From the NCBI GenBank assembly GCA_004022145.1, contig RCNU01000011.1: 64,000 nt of DNA; one strand, given 5' to 3'. The notes below the pieces were generated by a model. That model saw only the letters and a program-made list of their open reading frames with translations, was not told where the DNA came from and ran no database searches. Source of the DNA: Paecilomyces variotii. Taxonomy: Eukaryota. The position numbers and the translations under genes are program-made. Within the stretch, counting starts at the first letter, position 1, and every line of letters begins with the position of its first letter. Below, piece after piece: positions 25,728-38,260 of this stretch.

Positions 25728-27650
25728 TTATGGAACGAGAAGATAGGACTGAGAGATGTCACGGATAGGAGTGCTGCGATGTCTGTACTTCCATCTGCGG
25801 CGAGGACACCAATACTGTCTTTCTTGGAGTCTGTCAACTTGTTCGACTTTGCCGGTGGCATGAAGGATTCTTGCGATAATTGCATGAGTCTCGAGAAGGA
25901 TCGGATCCGGAAGTTCGTATCGACTATCGTGATTAACAAATTTTACCTTGTTATCCCTTTCTTTTAGGATCCAAGTGTCTTTATGGTTGGGTTTATAGTT
26001 CTTAATCTTGTATTCATGAGTTTGATCGGTAGCTTCGAAAGCAATTGCAAACTTGCTAAAAAGGGTATGCAACGATTTGTCCATGGTCATGGCATTCCGC
26101 GGATCATTAATAAAGTGTTAGGTAGATCCAAACCTATGCAACGACGGGAAGTATCTGTCCAACGTCACCCAAATTTGGGATTTTAAATAATATTCTGAGT
26201 CAGAACGCCAAGTCCCCATTGAAAAGAGGATAATATGCGCGCATTCGGTAGATGTTACGATCTCACCTGCAATCTCTAACTGGGAATTCTCGTCAGGCAA
26301 CTTGGTGAGCACGCGGCTATAATTATCTCTCGATAGGCATGCCTTTCTTAGCCACTCCTGCTCGTTGCGAGTATAAGGCTGTATTAGCTGCGAAGCGATC
26401 TCCTCAATCGAGTCCTCAAGTCCAGGGCGCGAGGATGGAGTAATAGTCTCGGGTGTCCGTGGACGCGTCAGCATTGGGAATAGTACTCCGTCAGAGAGAG
26501 AACTCTGCAATTCATTGTTGTGGGTTTTGGGCATTTTGAACTCTGTATTAAACCAGAAAAGAACGTGAATCAGCAAGTTTTTCACGATGGGCCCATGCCT
26601 ACGGCACATGTTAGCGAATAGACCAAAGTCTGGGAATAGTTCCTTCGCCATCGCTCCTGTGAGCCGCTTAAAGCATTACTTATATTGGTCATTACTAAAC
26701 CTTGCCAGGAAATTCGGTCTGCGGTACCATATCTCAATAGACTGTTCTAGCAGTACCGGCTTTTTCAACCGAGGCCAGTGTACTTCGAGCTCTTCGCTTT
26801 CCTCGTTGTAGATGAAGTCTTTTGCCGTGACGCCGTAGCGGTATGGCCATTTTAACTCCGGCACGCAATTATAGTCCTCTAGATCTGGGTAAAACAGTTT
26901 GGTAAGGTCACTCTTCAGGCGAGGTATAGGAAACTTAATAATCTCCTTAACATCCTCCGGCGTGGGAAGAGACTTCTGTTCGCCGAAGACTCCGTTGAAC
27001 CACAAGTTAAATTCATTGATCTGGGAAAAGAAGAATTGAGTGCGTCAGTATGGACGAGGCTCAAAATTCCCTTATGAGAGAAATAGAAACTCACAAAGTC
27101 TAAGCGACAGCTGCTGGCGGCATATGCGTTATTAATGGTGAACTTAACATTACCCCACGGCGTACTGTTAAAAGCCACCTAAGCGTTAAAGAGTGTCCGG
27201 TTCTGTATAACAGGCCACCACTTATCATTATTCTTCAGGTTGATCACCACTTTGGTTCGGATGAATTTGATAAATTCTTTCACGCTTTTATACTTGCCTT
27301 GTCCTCTTTCTCGGCCCAATTGAGCCCACGCTGAGACCACTCGATTGAATTCTTCGCCCTGTGTCGCATCCTTTTTCGCAACGAACCGGTTCGCCCGTAG
27401 ATAAACTCGCAAGTTATTGCAGATCACTATCGTTCTCACGTGATTTGATGTCGTCCATTATATGCACTAACCCATCCTCCAGTAAGTTATCAAGAAACGC
27501 TCGTAATCATACTGTTATCGTATCATCGTTTGAGTCTTGCGGTGCGTAATTGTCAAGCTTGAATAGGCACTCTTGCTCGACTATAACCGGATTGTTTGAG
27601 CTGATAGTACTCAGGGTATCACTGCAGACATCCTGGGACTCTGCTGCCAT
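25728..27650 (-). pseudogene. Decayed fungal HNH-endonuclease-family gene: interrupted by an insert, with in-frame stops and a 3' frameshift
   Basis: Motifs LRKACLSRDNY, ECAHII.FS, INDPRNAMTM...LHTLF..FAIAFE, LPDPILLETHAIIARILHATG and (frameshifted) LAADGSTDI; stops at 27507-27509, 27414-27416, 26118-26120. Confidence 0.78.
26506..27403 (-). other. 898-bp insertion inside the HNH pseudogene, flanked by AACTC direct repeats; contains an intron-bearing fragment of an unknown gene
   Basis: AACTC at 26501-26505 and 27404-27408; removing the insert plus one repeat restores ...DLQ*LASSLSDGVLFPM... in frame; internal intron 27021-27094 (GTGAGT..ACTGAC..CAG). Confidence 0.7.
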
Positions 27651-28230
27651 TATTATTGCCGGTTGGTTAACAGAAAAGCTGAAAGTGAGATGCAAAAATG
27701 ATAGAGATGATGTGAGCGAGGGAGTTCGAAAAGAAGTCCAACACGAAGTTCAAGATGAAACTGAAAGCTCAAGATGGACCAAGAGATAGACTGAAATAAA
27801 ACAAGACGAGGAACCAAGGGAGACGAGAGAGGAAGCAAGAGAGGAAGCAAGAGAGAAAGTAGGAGATGGGAGGGTTGTTCGTGGGGTTTCAGTCCCGCTT
27901 CTACCAAGAACTGTGGTATACAAGCAGTGAAGGGGACGAAAGCAGGTGCAGCATTAACTCACTACTAGGGAATCAACCTCTGTAGCAGCGTTGTAACTAC
28001 CAACGAGTGAAGGAAGAAGCAAAGAGATAGAGATATCATCCAAAGAGCATAGATGGCGTCTGTCGGCCACTCTTGCCCGGACCCGCGGGGGATCGACACA
28101 ACGTCACGCCCGGACCAGGAACGCTTCGCCGCGGACAAGTCACGGGCGGCCGATTGCAACTCCCATCTTGCATCCTCCATCTCCCAATGCTTTCTCTCTC
28201 TTTATCTCTCTCACCAGATAGTTTCTCGTC

Positions 28231-29601
28231 ATGACGGCACCAAGGCTTCCCTTCCTATATCCAAACATCGTCCGATCCCTACGGTCGTGCGAGCCAGCAA
28301 CGTACCGCTCTCTCCGTCCTCGTTCCCGCAGTCGCTTTCCGCGCGCAGATTTCCATACGAGCCAGCGATGCGAGCAAGAGACCTCATACCACCGCCGCTA
28401 CGGTCCAGCTGTGGAAGCTAAACTGCCTCCTCCAGAGCGGCCAAAGGCCAAATCTGGGGACCAGTCTTCGCGCGAGGCCTCGTCCCAAAGGGACAGCTCG
28501 CAGGACCAGCGGAGTGATGCTCAACCGGAACGAGCGCAAGCGCAAGATTCTAACAAGACAACTGAGAAAGGACAATCCGGTCAAGAGAAGAACCCGGCAG
28601 TTGATGCAAGCTCGACCAATCTTTCAGCCGAACTCCCACCTCAGGAGAATGCCAACCCGGATGAAGACGTAGATGATGTCGAGAACAGTGATCCTTCTCT
28701 ACGACAGCGCAAGGATGAGGCGCGCCAGACGCAACCTGCCTCTTCTGACGACAACCCTCTACAAGACGTCTTGCAGATGCCTTCGCCTTCCTCTTATTTA
28801 ACTCCATCTGGAGTCTCCGCCGCCAATGGCCAGAAGCCGCCGCATCTGACACCACCCCCATACGTCCATCATTTCGACACATATAGCTTGGTGCGGGATC
28901 TGGCAAAGAGTGGCTTCACAGATGAGCAGTCAGTTACGATGATGAAGGCGATCCGTGGTATTCTGCAAGACAACCTTGAATTGGCCCGGGAAAGCCTGAC
29001 CTCCAAGTCGGACGTTGAGAATGAGTCATATCTGTTCAAAGCTGCCTGCTCGGAGCTTCAGCAGTCTCTCCAGGCCTCCAGAAATGCAGAGATCCAGCGC
29101 CAACGCACTTCCAGGACTCAGCTACAACATGAAGTGGACATCCTATCACAACGCCTGAACCAGGAACTGACGGGTCTCAAAGATGACCTGAAGGGCATGT
29201 TCAACGACCACAAGATGACGACAAGGGAACTCCAGCGGAGTCTGGACACCGCAATTCAAGAGCTGAACTACAAGATCACTGTATCGCTGAATAGCGACGG
29301 AAAAAGTGAGGCTGAAGGGTTAAGATGGATTCTTACCAGAAGAGCAGCGATGGCAATCGCCACAAGTGCTAGTAAGTAGCCTTCCCCTCCACCCCCAATC
29401 ATTCTTACACGGAGTCTGACATCCTATTTAGTTATGATCATCCTCTTCCTCCGATACTATTCCTATAAGACTAGCCAGAAAGAGTCCAAGAAGGCCAAAG
29501 AAGCAGCTGCGAAAGAAGCCGCCGAGACCGAAGTCAAGGACACTGGTGTGCAAACGGAAGCATCAATCGCGGAACAAGTCGCTCCCGAAATCCTAGGATA
29601 A
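28231..29601 (+). CDS. Mitochondrial DUF1640/CCDC90 (MCUR1/Fmp32-like) coiled-coil protein; intron ~29372-29431
   Basis: Arg/Ser-rich presequence; HHFDTYSLVRDLAKSGFTDEQSVTMMKAIR, ENESYLFKAACSEL; last exon supplies the TM end and TAA at 29599-29601. Confidence 0.82.
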
Positions 29602-30324
29602 GGGCCTACAACAACTGCAACGACCCTCGACCATTCCTTACGTTAATTAGATCGCCATACTGTACATGGCATCATTCATCCATCCCTTCCATTAGAGCCC
29701 CCAACAGATCACCATTCTCTGTATCACGCACAGCGGTTTTTTCTTTTGTCATGTCACTGTACGTCTAGAGCGCACCTGAAACATGCACGCGCTACTGTAT
29801 ATGGGTCATTTTCCGATACCCCCGAGTTATTCTTTTCTATATTACTGTTATTAACATAGTTCACCACATCATCAATAGAGATGGCACATCACGTGTAAAA
29901 AGTTATTATCTTTTGATTTATCTCTCCTTTACATCTGCCCGGTCGACGCTTTCTGTGATAGATAATGCGGCCTTGTGATTTAAGACGATGTATCTATCCA
30001 TCGATGTGAAGCCCAGATGGGAATGTCTGACTAATTAGCTGGAGAGACATAGTTCGAATATTATTAAATACATTCATCTAAATAAATTATCTTGACATGT
30101 AAAATCTGTCTTTCTTGGTTCAGTCATGTTCTTTCCCTCATCAGGCCCAGCCCGTTGTGAGCCCACATGCTAGTTATATAAGACCGTTTCACAATACCAT
30201 ACATCGCGACAGAGTATATCTTGAGGAAGAAAAAAAAAAGAATAATAATAATAAGAAAATTCGAAGAAGGTCCGGAGGATCATCGTTATTAAAATGTCCC
30301 CTGGAGAAAGTAAGTAGCGTAGGA

Positions 30325-33300
30325 CTAGAAATCCATCCGTAGGGCGATACTGGGAGCGCTCTTTTTCTCCTCAGCTTCTGACACAGCCGCTCCATTGGGC
30401 ACTTGGCCTTGTGTAGCTCCGACGCTTGTGCTTCGAAGAATCTCCTCGGTAAGTCCCCTCTGATCGGGACTCATGCTCGCTACAAGAGCTCTGAAGGTCA
30501 TTTGGTCGACCTTGGCCAGCTCAAGGAGTCGGGCTGCTGTTTCTTGGTAGACGCCTGGTCCTTCGCGTTTGGCACGGACGAGGAGGGTTGATACAATGAG
30601 AGCAACAGCATTGGGTAGCCCATCACGCGGAACAGCTGCACTGGCAGTGTACGAAACCAGAGCATGTGCGATTGCAGGGCGGCAATTTTCCGGGTCATTT
30701 GCAACGTCTCCCTCATTTATCGGTGTTCCGACGACGAAAGCAATGAGCCGTGGAAAGAGATAGCGGATCATGACTTCATCTGTCGGAGATTTTGGACCCG
30801 GGGAGAGCAGGATGGACCGGAGACACCCAGCCACAACGGTCGCAAGGCCAACATCTTGGAGACAGTCAACGAGCTCCTTGAGGGTGCGTACAATGAGAGG
30901 ATCCTGGGGTGGGATGGCGTGACTGCTTGTTGTGAGCAGTATGGTGATGGCTAACAGCGTGTTCTTAGCGCAGGGCAGGGAAGTGTCAGACTCGCGCCGT
31001 TGTGCGATAGTGAGCGTCGTGAGGAAACGGGTAAGGCATCCACGTATCTGGAGCGAGAGTGCTTGGAGGGTCTCCGGAGAGAATGAGCCACCCTGCTTAG
31101 GCTGGGTTATGCCTTGGATGAACCGTCTGAAGATAGGTAGCGCCTGAGGGACAACCTCAGCCTGGCATAACCCTGTAGCTAAGATGGTACTGAAGATGTG
31201 TAAGATGCATGCGTTGAGATCGTGGCGAATTATCGACGGGAATATGGCGGCCACGTCGACCAGGGAAGTAAGTGCTAGACGGACAAGAACTAAGGCATCA
31301 TCGGATGTGACCTTGAACCGTGCATGAGGCGTGCTCTCGCCCAGATTTGGCAGCAGGCCAGCAATAACCAAAATGATGGTCCGTGTCAGCTCGAACAACT
31401 GCTCGATGTCGTCCGAGAGATTTTCGCTACGGTCTTGACCATCTTTCGCAACGAGGTGGTCCAATGCTAGGTTCCTGGCTATTTCGACAATAACTGTTTG
31501 GATGTTGATGCCTTCTGTCAGAACCAGACGGTCTAGAGTGTCCATAGTTTCGAAGAAAACAGCATCCTGGTACACAGCATTTCCAGAGACGACAGGCCGC
31601 AGTATCCTCTTCAGAGCCTGGAGGATTTCTAATCGCTGAGATGTCAATAGTGACTGGTCAACGAGAGCCTCGAACGCAAGTCCGAAAAGCACGAAGAAGA
31701 ACGCAACCGGCTCGTCACGATAGTTGATATCATGTCCCTTATCGGCTTTCCCGTTGACGAGAGTATCTTCATCCTGATCGGGCTTCTCAGGATCAGGCTG
31801 TTCGAACTTCCCGTCCAGAGCGTCAAAGACGAACTCGCTGTCCTTCTCTACGAGACTGGCGATGGCGTCCACGAGGTTCAACCAGGAATCTTGATAAAAC
31901 TACGGAATACCGTGAGCTTATGTCCGATAAAGCAGGTGTATGTAAGGGTGTGCATACCTTCAACAATGTCTCTCTGTTCAATGCTGCGTAAACCTCATCC
32001 AGGTCGCCGGAAAGACTTGTTCCCAGACTACCGGAAATATCGGGCTCAAAGCGTAACCGCGCAAATTCCTTCAGGGAAGATAACCACAGCGGCGTAAGTA
32101 AAGCTAGATAAGGTTGGACTACCGCCGTCAGATATTGCTGCTCATTACTAGCCATCTGCAATCGTGCCCAGGCAGAAAATAGAGCCAGCTTGACCATGAC
32201 TCGAGCGTTGGAATTGAGGCCTTTGAGATCCCCAATCTCCGTTGTTTTGGGGTTTTCTGCGAAAAGTCAGAGGTGTTTTCGATGTACTTTAATAAGGGAC
32301 AAAGCATACTCGCAAAGTTCTCCAAACCAACAACAAGAGGCCTGAAGATTCTGCCCATCCTATCGACATTTGTAACAATCCCTGTGGCCACGAATGTAGC
32401 ACAGACATTGATAGCCTCCGAAGCTAGCTCTGGCGACGAATCTGCCGCAAACGCTGGAGTGAGGGCTGAACCGATCTGCGCTTGGTACTGCTCAAGAAGC
32501 GAGGCCTCACTGAAGTCTGGATCTGGAGTTTTACCAAACATCTTCCGGGCGCGTCAGTTTTATCTCTCATACCAAAGGAGGAAAGACATACCTTCAAGAC
32601 CCTATCAATAATTTGAAGACCAATGACACGCAATTCAACGACATTAGCGGTGGAGGCCGAGAAAGCCATTCTGACGACTTCTCCCACTTTCCGCTGCAAA
32701 GCCAATTCTGCAGGGATGGTTTGATCTGGCAGGAGTTCGTCATTAACCATTTCGAGGAGCTCCTTAAGACACTTCATAGCGAAGTAACGTGTCTGCCACT
32801 TGAGCAATTCTTGACCGACGGTCGTTTCGGCAGCAGAGTCTGCCTGCCCGTCACCTGCAGCTGCAGCTGCAAAGCCTGCAACTTCATCGTCCGGCAAGTC
32901 CGGTGCGGCACTTTTAGGAATAGCTGTCTGCGGTATATCCTCGACCTTGAGCCGTGTTTTGGTCAAGACGCTTTGACACCGGTGAACCCACAGCTCCGTA
33001 TCAGTGAGTGCAGTTTGTTGCAGCCAGTTGCGGATCATGCTCCGAATGGATTCGTTTTCAGGGGTATCGTCGAACGCCAGCCACAGCTCATCTTCAAAGC
33101 TGTCACTAGCAGTCCGAATTACAGACTCGGCATCACGCTTCATAAGATTGTTGAGTCCTCGAATGGCTGCGTCTCGCATAAGTGGGCTCCGCGATGAAAG
33201 CTCACGCTGAAGTCGTTTGACGTAACCTGCGAAGTCAACGTAGGCAGGAGCATAGAGGGAAAGATGGTCCAGGCACTTGGAACTTTGTGTGACAAGAGCT

Positions 33301-36300
33301 GGATTCTCCTCTAGCTGGAACTGCCTAACCAGGGTGAAGATGAGATTGCGGGTTTTCGAGATCTCTTGCAAATCAGGGCCGAGAACGTTGATGAGTGAGT
33401 CTACACATCGACTGACGCCTACAGGCGTAGGGAAGACCATTTCAATGTTGGATGTCGCCAGCGACGCCGCCTCCTCGTTATGTGTATCAGCGATATAGAG
33501 TTGAGCCAGCATTCCGAGGGTCCCCGATACATAGGCTGAAAAGGTCAAACCGGCGGAGTCAACGACCCTTTCAAGGCCGTCTAATGACCAGAAGTGCACG
33601 AGTGGGTGAGGATCATTGCATAAAGACATTAGGACCCCAATGATTGTCTTGAGATGAAATCCGGCTGCCATGCCGCCAACCTGCGAATGGATAGAGCCCA
33701 GAGCCACAGCACAGCCTGCACGTGTGTTAGGATCTCGATTTTCCACAATCGTATCTATGAGCCAATTGATTTGAGCGCTGGTCAAAGTGTTGCCGGAACT
33801 ATTACAGAGTCGACCAATCCCTTCAAAACCAATAGTGCGAACTATAGGATCGGGATCGACCAAGAATTTCTGCTGATCATGAGCCAATGCGTATACAGGA
33901 TGAGAGAAGGTAAATACCGACCTGCAACAGTTCCTGGAATATTTTCTCAGATGCTGCATTGAGCTCGCCACCTGGGCCATCCGACTCTCGAATTGCGACC
34001 TTCAGAGCATGAAGTAGCGCTACTCCAACATTGACAGTAATGGCGGCTTTTCGACCAGGGTTCCTTTGAAGATGTGGAGAGGAAAGGAGCGTGGCAATTT
34101 GTTCTACGCTACTTTCTTGAACCTTAGGCGACTGTAGAGGCAGAGCGAGAGCAAACAAATTCACGGCAGCATTCACGACTTCCGTTGCGGCTGGATCAGC
34201 ACTGGAAGCATTCCCATCTTGTGCGCAGTACAAAAGCACGGAATCATGTTCGCTCGCTTGGCAGATTGGGAATGTCAACTGGACTCGATCAGTATCATAA
34301 CTCCAGGCCCACAGTCAGAATTGAAAAGAAAGATAAAACTCACCACATCATCGATGGCTTGATCTGCTGATTCAACCGCAGACCGCGCCGGTACAGTGTC
34401 CTTCTGCCGTTTTCCAGATAACGTCTCAGTTACGTATGAACGAGCGAGACCAGTCACACCAAATCCGAAATTATCGCAGAGATCCCACAAGTTGTCAAAA
34501 TGAGCAGGTGAACTTGCAATGGAACTCTCGACCGGTTTTGCATGGGTGATGTCAGGCTCTGCAAAGGACGAGATCGCAAGTCCCAATAGTCCTGATTGCG
34601 AAATAACGTCCGTGTGGCCCGGATGGTTCAGGGTGACTAACTTCGAGAAACACTGCAAAACGCGACGACGCATCATTGTAGCAAAGTCGTGCAGTTGCAA
34701 AGATGGAAATAGCCGCTGAGAGATATCATCCATGGCCTTGGGGCGCGGGAGACCTTCAAGGAATGTGATTGTGTTTTGGAGCATTGATGCGATGCGCTTA
34801 GACCCATCCACAGTGACCAACTTGCTATTATATTCTAGGAACACTAGGAGAGAACCTAGAGCACACTCTCTCACATGTGCTAGAAAGCTCATTTCGAGGG
34901 TACCCCGTTGAGACGTATTTTCCTTCCCAATGGGTTTAGGAAGTGCGTTCTTCCACAGCAACATTAACTGGGACAGATGGATCTTGACAAAACTGGGACC
35001 CAGAGGCATTAAACCTCCGATCAAGATCCATGCCACTTGGATCTGAGTGCTTGCAACACGTAGCTCCGAACTGCTACTGATCTTTAGTAGTTCAGTCGCC
35101 TGCGACAGGACGCGGGAGAAGACGTCAACCGAACCATAGAGCGGCTGCAGACGGGATGTGCTTAGCATTGCCGAGAGTCCATTTGCAAAGCCGACGCAGC
35201 GACGAGCCGACTGCCTTGGCGTCGACAGCTGCCCGATCTCTCTGTTAAGACTATTTAGACAGATTGTGACACAAGGGAGAAGTTGATGAGGACAAGCAAG
35301 CACAAAGCTGCGCAAGCACTGTGCAGCATGGATCTGCACGGTATAACTCGGATGAGGTAGGACTTGCAACAGGGCTTCCCGACAGGTCTCTGCAAAAGGC
35401 GTAATAGCTGGTCCCAAACCAGTGATCAGAGACGTCAGCGCACTCAAGGCACTAGTCAGAGCATACTTGCTCGGTTCCCGACGTTGGGGGATAACCTGAG
35501 GGTAATCCTTCAGGACCTCGTTAACCAGCCACTTGGCAGCGTTCAGCTGGCTATTCTCCCGAAGAGACTCATGGCCCACTGTATCTTCCAGGATACTTTT
35601 TATGAACTTCCTTGTCATCAACAGGCGAAAACGATTGTAGGTCACTGTAGGATGGTTCAACAAATCGAATATGAGATGAGTTGCGATTTGGCCATATCTT
35701 TCCTCCACAACATTGTCACCGAGGTTGCGCACCACATGTTTATAGCAAACTGCGATTCCAGCCCTCGCATAGTTTCCAGTCGAGCTCTTCAAGTACTGGG
35801 TAGAAAGCTGCTTGAGCAAATCGGGTAGGGTGAAAGACAGCCGAGGCTCTGTTTTTTTGGTGACAGGAGACTCGGGTACTGGAGTCTCCTCTTCTTCGTC
35901 ACCAGAACGCGGCGCCGGCTTCTTGGACTGTCTTTTTGGCTTCTTGATCTTAGGAACAGGCTCGATTCGTACTTCAGGAGCGTGCGCCTTGACCAATGCT
36001 CTCGCTAAACAAGCAGCAGCTGCGTGCCGGACCGGAGCAACGGGACTGTCGATAGCTTTCCAAACGACTGATTTGAGATTATCAAAATCATTTGCATTGT
36101 CAAAGTAAGGTGTGTTCTTGACGAGTTGTTCCAGACATCGGCACGCGTTCACCTGAACCAACGTTGCCTTGTCGCCAGATGCAGCGTTCCGTGCCTGCTT
36201 CCAGATATCTCGCGCCGTCTGTTCGTCAATCGCAATACCGATACCAACAATGACTTTTCGCAAAACAGTGAATATAGAACCACGGAGGCCAGTATGATTG

Positions 36301-36797
36301 CTCGAAGACTTCAGCAGCTTAAGCAGGCTAGAAGCCACGAGGCTCGATTGACCAATTGCGCTTTCTCCAGCGGCAGCGAACACTTCTCCCAGACAATGTG
36401 CGGCGGCGAACTTTGTTTTCAATTCCGCTTCGCTTTTTCCAGCATTGACGATCCCAAGTAGCTCACTTATACTGTCGTATAGTATACCACGATCTCCCCT
36501 TGCAAGTATCACGTTGAAGCATCGTCCTATGTTGTTGCGGAGAGCTCGAGTTAGCGTCGGGGATGAGAGTCTGAGGATCTTAAATAATTCCTTCTTCAAG
36601 GATTGTTGCTCTGAGCATAATTGTGTCTTTTCGAGTCCGGAGACATGCTGCACTAGATCCGATGTAAAGGTGAGAAGGTATAGATCCTGCTGTTCTGAAG
36701 GGAGCGCGTGCAGCTTAGGGACGTCGAGTTCGGCGTGGGGTACGGCACTGTCTGAGCCCCCGGACGACGTTGTCGTAGCGGCGCCGGAGGTCGACAT
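30325..36797 (-). CDS. LAA1: Large HEAT-repeat AP-1 accessory protein (Laa1/HEATR5 family); 6 exons
   Basis: ~2000-aa helical-repeat protein across ORFs joined by GT-AG introns; LLEQYQAQIGSALTPAF, LRVIGLQII, C-terminal PSIALRMDF. Confidence 0.85.
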
Positions 36798-37042
36798 TGA
36801 TTCAAAGTATCGAAAACAGGCGCTACCGGGAAAACGCCTTTTCGACTAAGTATCGTTTCGTTTGTGGTAAAATGGCTGTATCGACTTTGTTGTTTCATGT
36901 AGTTGCGCAGTTGTGTCCTCATCTCCGTCCGGGGGCGGATAATACTCGGCCCGATACGTCAACTATGAAGCTCCGCGTCGAACTCCGCGGGAATAATCTC
37001 TGGCCGGGAGTATGTAAAGAGTCAAGACGGTCAATAGCGGAG

Positions 37043-37930
37043 ATGGCGAGCAAGCTTGGGCTGAGGTTATTTATGCGGCCCCAGACAGGGAGACAATGGG
37101 TCTGCGACTCCTGTCGTGCGTTCAGCACATCCACGCCTCTCTTCTCCGGCCATTCGCGATGGTCTACGATCAAACATGATAAGGCGAAGAATGACAAAGC
37201 AAAAAGCAAAGAGCGCGCGATCATCTCCAAGGAGATAATCAATGCGTCACAAAGTGAGTCTCTGAATTTCGCCAGATATAACCCAGGCTAAGCACGATTT
37301 ACAGTGTGGGGTCCTGATCCCAAGTTCAATCCCCGCTTGAATCTCGCAATCACAAATGCAAAACGAGCCGGCCTTCCTAAAGCGTCAATTGAAGCTTCCA
37401 TAGCGCGTGGGCAGGGAATAAGCGTATCAGGAGAGGCTCTTGAACCGGTTACAATCGAAGCGATGCTCCCCGGGGCAGTCGCAGCGGTTATAGAATGTCT
37501 GACGGATCAGAAAGCGCGCGTGCTGCAGGACGTGCGCTTCATCATCAAAGATGCCGGAGGAACAGTGACTCCGACGACATTTCTTTTTGAGAAAAAGGGA
37601 AGAATACTCTTCGAACACAAAGACGGTTTGAATCCCGACGACTACCTAGACCAGGCTATCGAGGCGGGAGCTACCGATATCGAGACCGACGATGAGGGAC
37701 GTCTGGTGATGTTCACTGAGCCCACAGAGACGAAGAACGTGGGAGAAACATTTACGAAAGCAACAGACCTCAAGATTGAGAAACTAGAAATTATTTGGGA
37801 CCCGAACAAAGACACTCTGGTCAAGGTAGAGAATGAGAAGGATGTCCAACAACTCGAGGACCTGCTGGGAGACATACGCGAAGAACCGAGCATCCACGGA
37901 ATATACCTGAATACGGCTCAGAAATTCTAG
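37043..37930 (+). CDS. Mitochondrial YebC/PmpR/TACO1-family translation factor; intron 37254-37304
   Basis: Presequence followed by SGHSRWSTIKHDKAKND; GPDPKFNPRLNLAI..AKRAGLPKASIEASIARG; FLFEKKG. Confidence 0.88.
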
Positions 37931-38260
37931 TTCAAACCAGCACCCCCGGACGACTCGTTACAGATACTCCGATATGAGCAGCGGAAAGATCGCAAAGGAC
38001 GCGTGACACTTTGCAAGCTTGGTTTGAATGTACAGTGACTTGTATTATAAGAAATGTATGATATACGAATAGAGAACAGAATTAGCCAACCTGCGCCTTT
38101 CTCGTGAATTTTGACTGCAAGGAGCAGCTTTCTGAAAGAATAATCTCTGGTATGCTAATATTCCGCACTCTAACGCCTCTCGCGTTATCCAGTAGCTGTG
38201 ATTCGCCTGCAAGAGTTGTATGGATGAAAGTCATAAGCGCAAAACCATACACATCGGCTA

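Noticed and set aside
26506..27403. Solo-LTR interpretation of the insert (starts TG, ends TA that could be a RIPed CA, 5-bp flanking repeat)
   Set aside because: The insert is coding-like from end to end, has a spliceosomal intron and lacks terminal inverted repeats; not excluded, but unsupported
33870..33875. CAGCAG tandem acceptor in a LAA1 intron
   Set aside because: Would alter a single Gln; common, and no evidence that both are used
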